Origin: Alloascoidea hylecoeti | Lineage: Eukaryota | Assembly (NCBI GenBank): GCA_001600815.1 | Contig: BCKZ01000001.1 | Coordinates: forward strand, 124,001-166,776 | Direction of reading: 5' to 3' | DNA length: 42,776 bases | Program-made: the position numbers and the translations under genes | The notes under the pieces: model-generated | Told to the model about the DNA's origin: nothing | Databases searched by the model: none | What the model saw: the letters and a program-made list of their open reading frames with translations, nothing else | Shown: positions 1 through 9,819 of the stretch, piece by piece | How positions within the stretch are numbered: position 1 is the stretch's first letter | Layout: every line of letters starts with the position of its first letter

Positions 1-2
1 AA

Positions 3-1886
3 TCTATTTCTAAGAAAAAAGTTGAACCTGTACTAGAAAGTGAAAGTGAAAGTGAAAGTGAGACTGGTGATGAACTAGATGATATCTCAGTAAGTGGTAG
101 TGAAAGTGAGCAAGACGATAATGGATCAGATTCTGATGATTCAAAATCAAGTTCAAGCGATGATCATGATGATGATAATTTAGATGCTGGCGATATAGAG
201 TTGGATGATAAAGAAGATGACGATAAGATAGATGATGCTGATAAACAATCATCTAAAGAACAACGTGCTGAACAGAAGAAATTACTTAATAGTAGAAAAC
301 TTTCAAGAAGAAATGGTGAAAAAATTCAAAATATAAAGTTTTTATGGGAAAAATTACGTGTTAAAGAAAAAATGCCACAAGAAGTTCGAACAAAATTAGT
401 TAATCAAATTTGGGAAGAAAGTAAAGATATTATTAAAGATTTGGTTTTAAAACATGATTCATCAAGAGTTATTCAAACAATTTTTAAATATGCAAATAAA
501 AAAATGAGATTAGATATTACAAATGCTTTAAAAGGTACTTATTATGAATTAGCAACAAGTAGTTATGGAAAATATCTTTTAGTTAAAATGTTACATTATG
601 GTACAAAAGAAACTCGTCAACAAATTTTAGATGAATTATTTGGAAAATTTAGAAAATTAATGAGAAATAAAGAAGGTGCTTATGTTATTGAAGATGCATA
701 TCGTGATTATTCAACAGCTGCTCAAAGAAGACAAATGATTAGAGAATTTTATGGATCATCTTTTGCTTTATTTAAAGAAGAAGGTAAAGATCAAACAATT
801 GAACAAATTATTTCCGAAAATTCAGAAAAAAGATATATTATTATGAATAATTTAAAAGATGCAATTACATCTGCCGTTAATAAAGGATCAATTGGTTTCA
901 CAATTGTTCATGCTATATTGCTAGAATATGTTAAAGCAATGAATGATTCTGAAAAATCTGATTTAATTGAATTAATATCAGAACAATTTGCAGAAATTGT
1001 TCATACAAATGAAGGTTCTCAAGTTGCTTGTCGTATTTTAGCGAGAGCAACAGCAAAAGAAAGAAAAAATCTAATTAAACCACTTCGTAAATTTGCAAAA
1101 GAATTAGTAAAAGATGAATTTGGTTATACTGTCTTAATTACATTATTTGATGTTGTTGATGATACAGTACTTGTTGCAAGAGCATTTTTACCTGAATTTA
1201 AAGATGATTTACCAGCTTTATTAGTCGATAAATGGGGTAGACGACCATTTCTTTATTTAATTTCTGGACTATCTTCAAAATATTTCCAAAAACAATTAAC
1301 TGATCAATTTAATATTTATCATGAATTAAGTAAAGACACTTCAAAAAAAGAAAGATCATCAAGACATTTGGAATTAAAAACAAAATTTTCACCAGCAATT
1401 ATTGATACAATAACATCATTCCCATTAGCATTATTAAAAGATAATCTTGGCTCTCAATTTATTTCAGAAGCTTTATTACGTGCTGAATATGAATCAGCAG
1501 AACAAAAAATCGCTGCTTTTAAAGCAGTTATCAATTGTTTTATTGGTGATCCAACTGAATCTAATCATTTAATTCATCACCCATTTTCTCCTCGTCTGTT
1601 AAGAGTGTTAATTCAACAAGGTAGTTGGGATAATAAAAATAAGAAATTTGATATTATTTCATCAAATATTGAAACAGATGAGACTTTTGGTGATTTGTTC
1701 GAAACAACTATTCATGATAATCTACGTGAATGGTGTACAGGAGCTGGTTCATTTGCTATAGTATCATTAGCAGAAGCTAATAAAGAACTTGGTGAAACCA
1801 TTAAAAAGGATTATAAGAAGGAATTGTTACAAGCAGGCAAAAAGGGAAATAAAGGTGCTCTTATTTTAGCAGGGAAGGCAAACTAA
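3..1886 (+). CDS. PUF6: Pumilio-homology RNA-binding / 60S biogenesis protein Puf6 (5'-partial)
   Basis: The frame is open from position 3 (SISKKKVEPVLESESESES..., acidic N-terminus). The track's start at 201 is an internal TTG. Motifs KFLWEKLR, LVLKHDSSRVIQT, YGKYLLVKMLHYG and VDDTVLV match Puf6/Puf-A. Confidence 0.92.
   Translation, partial: SISKKKVEPVLESESESESETGDELDDISVSGSESEQDDNGSDSDDSKSSSSDDHDDDNLDAGDIELDDKEDDDKIDDADKQSSKEQRAEQKKLLNSRKLSRRNGEKIQNIKFLWEKLRVKEKMPQEVRTKLVNQIWEESKDIIKDLVLKHDSSRVIQTIFKYANKKMRLDITNALKGTYYELATSSYGKYLLVKMLHYGTKETRQQILDELFGKFRKLMRNKEGAYVIEDAYRDYSTAAQRRQMIREFYGSSFALFKEEGKDQTIEQIISENSEKRYIIMNNLKDAITSAVNKGSIGFTIVHAILLEYVKAMNDSEKSDLIELISEQFAEIVHTNEGSQVACRILARATAKERKNLIKPLRKFAKELVKDEFGYTVLITLFDVVDDTVLVARAFLPEFKDDLPALLVDKWGRRPFLYLISGLSSKYFQKQLTDQFNIYHELSKDTSKKERSSRHLELKTKFSPAIIDTITSFPLALLKDNLGSQFISEALLRAEYESAEQKIAAFKAVINCFIGDPTESNHLIHHPFSPRLLRVLIQQGSWDNKNKKFDIISSNIETDETFGDLFETTIHDNLREWCTGAGSFAIVSLAEANKELGETIKKDYKKELLQAGKKGNKGALILAGKAN
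37..62 (+). repeat. (GAAAGT)n coding hexanucleotide repeat (ES repeat in Puf6)
   Basis: gaaagt gaaagt gaaagt gaaagt seen directly. Confidence 0.85.
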
Positions 1887-2754
1887 TAACTTATATATAT
1901 ATATTTTCCGTCTTGTACCATAGTACATTTTGTTAAGCATAGTGATATTAATTATAAATCATTTTTAAGATACTATTATTTTTAGTTGTGTTGTTATCTA
2001 AAGTAACTTCTTCCAAAGATTAAACATTCATTTCGTTTATAAACTCATACAAAATCATCAAATCAAGTAGAGCTAATTGTAATCAGATATGATATATACC
2101 CTTCAGACTTTGCTGAAGAATGCTCAACTTCTCATCAACAAAAACATGCTGAAGGGTAGTTATTATAACCACTTTTACTGATTTATAGAATCGTAGGATT
2201 AATAGTTTTCTTAATCCGTAATAAATCGCTGACTTTTTATAGTGACTTGGAAAAGAAGAATGCTCTTCTAGGCTATTAGATTCACTATTCCCAACTTATC
2301 AACAGTGTTCCCATTCATTAATAATCCAGAGAGCTGTTCATAAAAGTTATGCAACCTGTGCTGAAGTAGTTTTGTTATAGTTTGAGATCACATTGAGCTA
2401 TAAGCTATAAATATGTTATAGTTCATGTTAGTTAGCCCAGTTCTATCGTTAACAAGAAGTTACCATTTTTTTATTTATACAGTCTGTAGAACATTGAAAT
2501 AAGAATACGTAGAGAAGCCAAGACACTATATTATACCAACAACTAGGCCTAAGATAGTTCTAGGGGATTTATATAAGAATGAAAACCTTACAATAGCATA
2601 TAATGGATATAACTGTGCAACTCTAACAATCACAATTTTCAAGTTAAATAATGTAGCCATATAAACCTCTTCTTGAAATTCATTGTTAACCCTAATATAA
2701 CCCGTATACATATTCTAATACAAAATAGTTAGATACCTTTATTTTTTTTATATT

Positions 2755-3504
2755 TCACCTGATATATTTTGACATAAATTTCTTATGAAAATCTGATCTT
2801 AACATATCGTTAATAAGACCATGTCTACCTTTTCTATCAGCACCAACGGCTTGATGTTTAAATAATGTTTCATCAGTCCAACCTTTCTTAATATTAAAAT
2901 TATCAGGATTTAATAAAGGATTTCCATATGCAATTTCTCTATCACGTTCCTCTTTATTTCGTTCTTGTTTTTCTTGTTCTTTACGTTCTTTCTCTTCAGC
3001 TCGTTCTTTTTTTATACGTTCAAGTTCTAACATAAGTTGAGCAGTTTCATCTTCTTCTTCAGAATCTTCTTCATCAGAATCGGTATCAGAAGAATCAGAA
3101 CTTTCGGAGTCACTTTCTTCAGCATCCATATCACGATATTTTTCTAGAATTTTCTGTTTCCTTTCTTGAGCGGATTCTTCAGTTATGTCATCAAATTTCC
3201 GTTTGTTTGTATCGCTTTCAGATAAATCAGCTTCTGCACCTTCTATCAATAATCGCCGCGTCTTGTCTGTAGAATCTTCACCATTCACTTTTTTGAAATG
3301 ATCTTGTTCTGCCAATAGAAGTTGAGCTTTCAAGTCTAAGATTGGTGCAGTTGTAGGATCTGATGGATTTTGCACTAGTTGTCCCTTCTTTCTATACTTC
3401 AGTTGGGTATGAGCAGGAAGAAGTTTTGCATGATAGATGGAGGAAGGAGCAGCAACATTTCTACCTCTTGCTGGGTCGAAAGTGGGTCTGTGAGCTGTGG
3501 TCAT
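2755..3504 (-). CDS. CWC15: Pre-mRNA splicing factor Cwc15/Cwf15
   Basis: Begins MTTAHRPTFDPARG; contains LPAHTQLKYR, LMLELERIKKER and GNPLLN; ends NDMLRSDFHKKFMSKYIR. Confidence 0.96.
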   Translation of the reverse strand: MTTAHRPTFDPARGRNVAAPSSIYHAKLLPAHTQLKYRKKGQLVQNPSDPTTAPILDLKAQLLLAEQDHFKKVNGEDSTDKTRRLLIEGAEADLSESDTNKRKFDDITEESAQERKQKILEKYRDMDAEESDSESSDSSDTDSDEEDSEEEDETAQLMLELERIKKERAEEKERKEQEKQERNKEERDREIAYGNPLLNPDNFNIKKGWTDETLFKHQAVGADRKGRHGLINDMLRSDFHKKFMSKYIR

Positions 3505-3907
3505 TTTTTAATTATGAAATAAATAAAATTGAGGAGGTTTGTTAAATGTGGCACTGAGTAAACATGAGAACTTTAGCGTATCTTAGAGTACGGTCCCTTC
3601 GTGTCACAGTCCACACGTTTGCTGTTTCCACACTCTCAGCAGATTCGCTTTGGTTCAAAGATCAGTTCAAAAACAGCTTCAAGTCTCAAAATTCTTTAAA
3701 TCAAAACCTCCAAAACAAAAAACAAAGATTATCTACGCTCACAGCTCGTTACTCGTTACAAAGTGGCTGTTGTGTCCTTGCTTACTAGAATTTACTCTGT
3801 CACCACCCTCAATTATCTCAATCCCGAATACTCATTCCCTTGAGATCTGCCTTTTCATTTTTAATATCATTCGGGTAACTCACACAACTCCATAACCTTG
3901 TCCCATA

Positions 3908-4984
3908 ATGATTGACACGAAAAAATCCCCTGTTGCTGGTCAACCGGATCAGTCGATCCAACCAATTGAAAGCCATGTGCCTACTACATCTCAGGTACCA
4001 ACACAAGACCAATCATCGACGACAATCACGCAAACAATTGATCGTCCCGATACCTCTCGCAGTTCGTCCGCTTTAGCAACACCTATTACTCCTTCTATCA
4101 TGATAACGGAAAGTGGTCGACCAACCTCTACTGCTTCCGCTCCAAGAAATCAGACAAATGGTCAACAAATATCTCCTCTTCAAGATAATGATGCTTATTC
4201 CGATTCTCAATCAGGTGAACCTCTCATTGAAACAAGCATTCGTGATTATGCCTATCCTGAATCACATCCGTTACATTATGGTCCAATGTATGATAATGAT
4301 GAATACCCCTATTATAATGATGCACCGGATGAACGAGGCTTGCCAAGAAGCTTTGTATTTGGTGATGATGGGCCTCCATGGAAAGAAGATGCTGATCTTG
4401 TTAGTCCTGTCATCACTGCCCATGAAATTGGAGATCGAATAAGTAAAGAATATGCATTCTCTGTTGCTTCTGCTGATGAAATTCATGGTAGAGCCGTGGC
4501 TTTATTTGATTTTAAACCTGAAAATGATAACGAGGTGGCCTTAAAAGAAGGTCAAATAATATGGGTTAGCTACAGACATGGTAGAGGCTGGCTTGTTGCT
4601 GAAGATCCAACTACCGGTGAAACAGGTTTAGTACCTGAAGAGTATGTTCAACTAGTTTCTAGTTATCGTCATTCAGAAGAATCTCCTAAGCAACAAACAA
4701 TCAATAATGAAAGAATAAATGAACCTTTAACATCAGATAATGAAGGAGAAAATTATCCAAATAATAACCATAGTAGTAAATCAAAAATCGACATTGAAGA
4801 AGATGATATTCCCGTTCGACTAATACCTGATTTATTACCAGGCAATAAATCAAAAACACATAATGATGATACTATTCGACTGTCATCATCAAATGATAAT
4901 GATGGTTGGATTGATGAAGGACCTGTAAGTGATGATGAAGTTACTCAGGTTGCAAATATCATAAATACAACAAAACTTCAATGA
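3908..4984 (+). CDS. NBP2: SH3-domain adaptor Nbp2 (Ptc1-Pbs2 adaptor, HOG pathway)
   Basis: IRDYAYPESHPLHYG motif plus SH3 domain AVALFDFKPENDNEVALKEGQIIWVSYRHGRGWLVAED...GLVPEEYV. Divergent from CWC15, as in S. cerevisiae. Confidence 0.9.
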   Translation: MIDTKKSPVAGQPDQSIQPIESHVPTTSQVPTQDQSSTTITQTIDRPDTSRSSSALATPITPSIMITESGRPTSTASAPRNQTNGQQISPLQDNDAYSDSQSGEPLIETSIRDYAYPESHPLHYGPMYDNDEYPYYNDAPDERGLPRSFVFGDDGPPWKEDADLVSPVITAHEIGDRISKEYAFSVASADEIHGRAVALFDFKPENDNEVALKEGQIIWVSYRHGRGWLVAEDPTTGETGLVPEEYVQLVSSYRHSEESPKQQTINNERINEPLTSDNEGENYPNNNHSSKSKIDIEEDDIPVRLIPDLLPGNKSKTHNDDTIRLSSSNDNDGWIDEGPVSDDEVTQVANIINTTKLQ

Positions 4985-6049
4985 TAATATATATTTTTTT
5001 TAATATCATTCTCATTATTCGTTTTTTATTACACAGTTAATAAAACAATTCAATTATATATTGATTTATATCATTACTATATGACAATATATGATATAGA
5101 ACTTATTTATTAATATTAACTATGATTATTCATCACCATCATTATTGTTATCATACTACCATTACTACTGCTATTATTATCCTCATTGTTACTGTTAATA
5201 TTATCTTTTTCTGTACTTTTTTTCATTTAATGAAGATTTTTTTTTCCGTTTTCTATAAATAGCATCATATCTGACTTTTCTATCAATTGTTCCCTCAACA
5301 ACAATTTTAACTGAAACTAATATGAATAAACATTATTATGCTCAAAACAAATACATAACATCATTTAATTTTACAGTTTCTACACTTATAATTAATTAAC
5401 TCTTAAGTTTGAATTATACGAATGATACGAAAATTGGATGTGTTATAACTTATATGTATCGGTATCTATTTAACTTCATCTTTATAGATAAATACCATTC
5501 AATTGCAACCTTTTATAACTATATTTTACACTTTTTTTTTTTTTTTTTGTTTTATTTTTAGATTTGTATCTTTCTTATTATTTGAATTGTTTTACTTTTA
5601 TAATTTATTTAAAATCCTTAAACTTTTTTAAAAATCAATTTTGTGTTTATTTCTTTTGTATTTTTTTTTTTTTTTTCGTTTGACTATAGTACTGTTCTAA
5701 TATCAGTGTATCTTATAATTAGTATAAAAATCACAGATTCGTCGATTGAAATGGAGATACATGCTTATACTTATGATTAACATTTAACGATACATGATTC
5801 ATGATCATGATCACATTCATTTGGAATATTATTTACATCTATATCCTATCCTAAATTATCTAAGGTTACGTCGCACTTGACAGTCATGAAATGTAGTGTA
5901 TAAATATAGAATAAATCGTCAATTGTATCAAAACAGATTTGGCGTAGCCTAATAGAATACTTCGCAGCTAAATTCGTTTATTAATATTGTGATTAGCGCT
6001 TGCCACCTTCCCAACTCTGAAACCATTACAGTATATAATAATCAAAATC

Positions 6050-6664
6050 ATGACGCAAACAACAGTTACAGATTATATTCATAGTCACCCTTATGTTAAG
6101 CATTTATTAGAAGAAGAAGGTTTTACAATTGATGATGCCTTTACAAATGGACCAAATAAAGATCATAGTAGACCTCGTCATACTGTTACAACCACTACCT
6201 TATCAGGCCCGGACTTGATCGGAGAGTATCCGCTCCCTTTGGTTAAGCACACAACAAATGATCTACCAGATGAACAGAAATCATCTGAGGTAGTGGTTAT
6301 ATATTATCTTGGTGATAAATTATGCGGACATAAAGGAATTGTTCATGGTGGTATATTAGCAACGATTTTAGATGAATGTTTATGTTTATGTGCTTTCCCA
6401 TTATTACCCAATAAAATTGCAGTTACGGCAAATTTGAATGTAAGCTACATTTTACCAACAAAAACAGATCAATATATTATTATAAAAGCACATGTTGATA
6501 AAATTCGAGGTAGGAATGCTTGGGTTAAAGGTACTGTTGAATCATTAATTGGGCAAACTGAACAAGAAATTGAAGATTCAACTGTTATGGTTGAAGCAGA
6601 TGTTTTATGTATTGAACCAAGATGGGTTGCTAAATTAGTTGAAGCTAATAAAAAGGATTCATAA
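6050..6664 (+). CDS. PaaI/THEM4-like hotdog-fold acyl-CoA thioesterase (fungal Mrx3/Fmp10-like family)
   Basis: LCGHKGIVHGGILATILDE signature, plus VTANLNVSY.P and final strands ending EPRW. Confidence 0.88.
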   Translation: MTQTTVTDYIHSHPYVKHLLEEEGFTIDDAFTNGPNKDHSRPRHTVTTTTLSGPDLIGEYPLPLVKHTTNDLPDEQKSSEVVVIYYLGDKLCGHKGIVHGGILATILDECLCLCAFPLLPNKIAVTANLNVSYILPTKTDQYIIIKAHVDKIRGRNAWVKGTVESLIGQTEQEIEDSTVMVEADVLCIEPRWVAKLVEANKKDS

Positions 6665-7762
6665 TCTTATTAGAAAATCATAAAGATATATGCTTATAAT
6701 TAATGTTCTATAGATACTAGAGATTTTTAGTGAATGACATTTTAAATTTAGTATTTATTGTACACGACATACTACCTACACGTGTGTTGGTTTTTGTAAA
6801 CGGCTACCACATTAAGAACCAAGGGGTCAATCAGATTATCAATGATAAATTGATCCATGAGGTATCAATATTTGGACAGAGACATAAATATTAGTTTTTT
6901 CTTGACATCTACACCATTCGGAAGGCTGGTAAGCGTAATTACTCCCTTGTGATGAACTTTCTTGAAGAGGTAGGTACTCGATTAAGTTGGATTCAGGTCC
7001 GCTGAAAAAGGCACCACTCCAAATCTCCTTTTCACAAAACAAATTCGGCCCAATTCTATCTATATCAATAAATGTACTATATAGCTTGAATATTAGAGAC
7101 TCTCAGAAATCTCATAAAAGGCCCCTTATACACAAGTTTTATATAGGAACGTGCGGTGGATCAGCTCTTCTTGCTATTATAGGACCCCAACCACCAAATA
7201 CAATTTAACACGACCTCCTCCACAAATTCCTGCCTACACTATAAGACATTAAGACATAAAGACCTATACTCCCTGTTGTTATGAATGTTTTGAGATTTAA
7301 GGGCCTGGCCTGACTTTCGTCGAGCATATACTTTTCCGATCCAGATCATGTAACGACCAAACATTCTTCATTAAATCTACCATGTAAACACTATCCCAAA
7401 TGTGCTGCTATAGAGATTTGAGCCTCCTTGAAGAGTGATGTCAAGATAGAAAGATTGGCCAATCACTCGATTAGCGGTTGTGAATAAGGTAAGTTGACTG
7501 AGGGAGGCCCTTTCTTTAGTTAATCTGGGAACAAAATCAAAAGGAATAATATTCTAGCTTTAAATAGGCAGTTATATGATAGCAAACATAATATGTTTAT
7601 AAATTTATTTATGTAAAATCATTGAGTCGTCCTCGGCATCAGAACTACATCTAGAAAATCTAATAATATAATAACAACTCAGGATTGAATTCCTTATCAA
7701 GCATAATATCTTTATTCTCAATTACTCCCTTCAAATTATCAAAATTACCTCCGAGGTTGATA

Positions 7763-8342
7763 AATTTCTTTCTCCTTGACTCTAAATCGTATACTTAGAG
7801 TATGAAAAATGGGATTACAAACATCCCTGAAATCTCTTCCGTTTTAACATTATTTTTAGCAAGATCTAATTCTGTTTCAACTGTAAAACAATCTAGCTAC
7901 AACATAGGTTTACCTCTTCGTGCAAAGAGATTGATTTTTATTAATATGTTTTCTAAAAAATATATTGAGGTAGAAAGGTATTAACGCCACATACTGATCA
8001 TGATAATTTTTTTGGAATTACCATTTGTGCAAGACACTCACTATCCCAGGTGCCGACCAGGTGCCGAAAAAAGCGGATTCCACATGGATAATGAGTCTCT
8101 TGCACAAATGGTGAATCCAAAAAGCTTATCGGGAAGTGATGTTACTAGTATTCAACCTCAATATATTTTTTAGAAAACATATTAATAAAAATCAATCTCT
8201 TTGCACGAAGAGGTAAACCTATGTTGTAGCTAGATTGTTTTACAGTTGAAACAGAACAATATCTAAGTAAAAATCACGTTAAAACGGAATTCGAATAGGT
8301 TTCCGGTATACTCTATAATTTATAGTCAAGGAGAAAGAAATT
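7763..8342. repeat. Large inverted repeat (foldback) with perfect 102-bp core
   Basis: 7870-7971 is the exact reverse complement of 8155-8256. Imperfect pairing continues inward (8010-8046 vs ~8086-8122) and outward (aatttctttctccttgac from 7763 vs gtcaaggagaaagaaatt ending 8342). The loop is about 40 nt. Confidence 0.95.
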
Positions 8343-9008
8343 CACCAGGTGTACAAGAAAGAGTAAAGTAAAAGAAAGTTATATTGAAAAACTAAAGAAA
8401 TCAAGCAAATAAAAGCTATTTATATATTAAAAAATACATCCTGAAAATCAGTTCAATCCCTAAAGGATCACTGTGAGCCACAAAGTTGTAGCTATTTCGG
8501 AGAACGAAGCCCCATGTTTACTCAGATTACACATTTCACTCCGCTCAGCTGGTTCTAATTGTCTTTTCAGAATTACAATAAGGTGAAATATCGCTTAACG
8601 GAATTCTTAGAGCCATTCAATGGTATATGTTAAACAGTTTAATTATTCAGAAAACAAGTTTTTTATTTGGAGTGGTATCCTTAAACCATCGGGTCAATTT
8701 ATCGATTATTCTTTCAAGACTGAAACTTTGTGTTTAAATTCGGCAATGTAGTCGTAACCAAACCCGACCTTTGTATATGTTATATTAAATTGTATGAATA
8801 CAATAGCTAATTGTAATAAGGAAACTTTAGTGTTCTTTAGGAATATAAATTCGTTTATTGTCAATAGCGCTTGCCGATATAGACTGAGGTTTTTTATAAG
8901 GTAGATATCTTTTAGCTAAAATATATTTAATACATTACGTCTGTCTCTATTCCACATTTCAGAACTTTTCCATCTTTCTGATATTCATTGGTGAATTTAA
9001 ACAAAAGC

Positions 9009-9510
9009 ATGAGACAAACACCAACTACTAATAAGCTTAAGGATCATCCTTATGTTAAGAATTTGTTAGAAGTAGAAGGCTTTTCAATTCTTGAATTTCT
9101 TGAAGCTGCTACAATGGTTGATCTCGTCATGGGTAAACACACGTCAAATGATTTACCAGATGAAGAGAAATCAAGTGAGCTAGTATGTCTATATTATATT
9201 GATGATGATAGTTTACCAGAAGAGATTATGGAGGCGCTGTTATGTTTATGTGCTACCTCAATATTTCCTAGTGGACTTGTAGGACCAGGAAAGTTGTGTT
9301 TAAGTCATAAGTTGCCAATAAAAAATGAATCAGTTTATTGTTATTAAAACACATGTTGGCAAAGCTCATGGTATGAAAGCTTGGGTTAAAGGTACTTTTG
9401 AATCATTAGTTGGACAAACTGACCAAGAAACTGAGGACTCAATTGTTATAGTTGAAAGAGATATTATATGTATTGATCCAAGATGGATAGCTGGAATGAC
9501 GAAGAATTAA
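9009..9510 (+). pseudogene. Diverged, frameshifted paralog of the 6050-6664 thioesterase
   Basis: HPYVKNLLEVEGF, KHTSNDLPDEEKSSE, LCLCA and AWVKGTFESLVGQTDQETEDS align to the upstream copy. There is a +1 frameshift in the A6 run at 9320-9325, and the HGG motif is deleted. Confidence 0.85.
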
Positions 9511-9653
9511 TTGATATTGTTGAAAAAGATGTATTATGCATTGAACCACGATAGACATCTGAAATTCTGAAATGAAAAAAATTCAATTGTTATGGTTGAA
9601 GCAGATAAAACATGTATTAAACCAAGATGGGGAGCTGAAATGCTTATGATTAA
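9436..9653 (+). repeat. Three degenerate tandem copies of the thioesterase C-terminal coding segment
   Basis: Translations DSIVIVERDIICIDPRW, IVEKDVLCIEPR* (~9516-9554) and NSIVMVEADKTCIKPRW (~9580-9630), versus DSTVMVEADVLCIEPRW in the intact gene. Confidence 0.8.
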
Positions 9654-9819
9654 ATATTATACGTCGCAAAGAAAGATATAAACTACGTATTATCAAATTC
9701 ATTATTTATGACTATTAAAGGTGTTGATAAATTTTATAATTACAATTAATATACTCGTTCTTTATATAATATTAATTGATTAAGAAAGTTTAAAATTATA
9801 TATGTAAAACTCCTACAGA

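Noticed and set aside
2097..2160. Small hairpin CCCTTCAG...CTGAAGGG with TGATGA/CTGA words as a C/D snoRNA
   Set aside because: Boxes are only ~30 nt apart and no rRNA guide was recognised.
2526..2711. 61-aa hydrophobic ORF as a gene
   Set aside because: Short, AT-rich, abuts the CWC15 3' end, and no family recognised. At best an unprovable relic.
7802..7984. 60-aa ORF in the left foldback arm
   Set aside because: No motif; the mirrored arm does not keep an equivalent ORF.
9318..9327. Programmed -1 frameshift at A AAA AAT
   Set aside because: Restoring the frame needs +1, not -1, and no downstream stimulator is evident.
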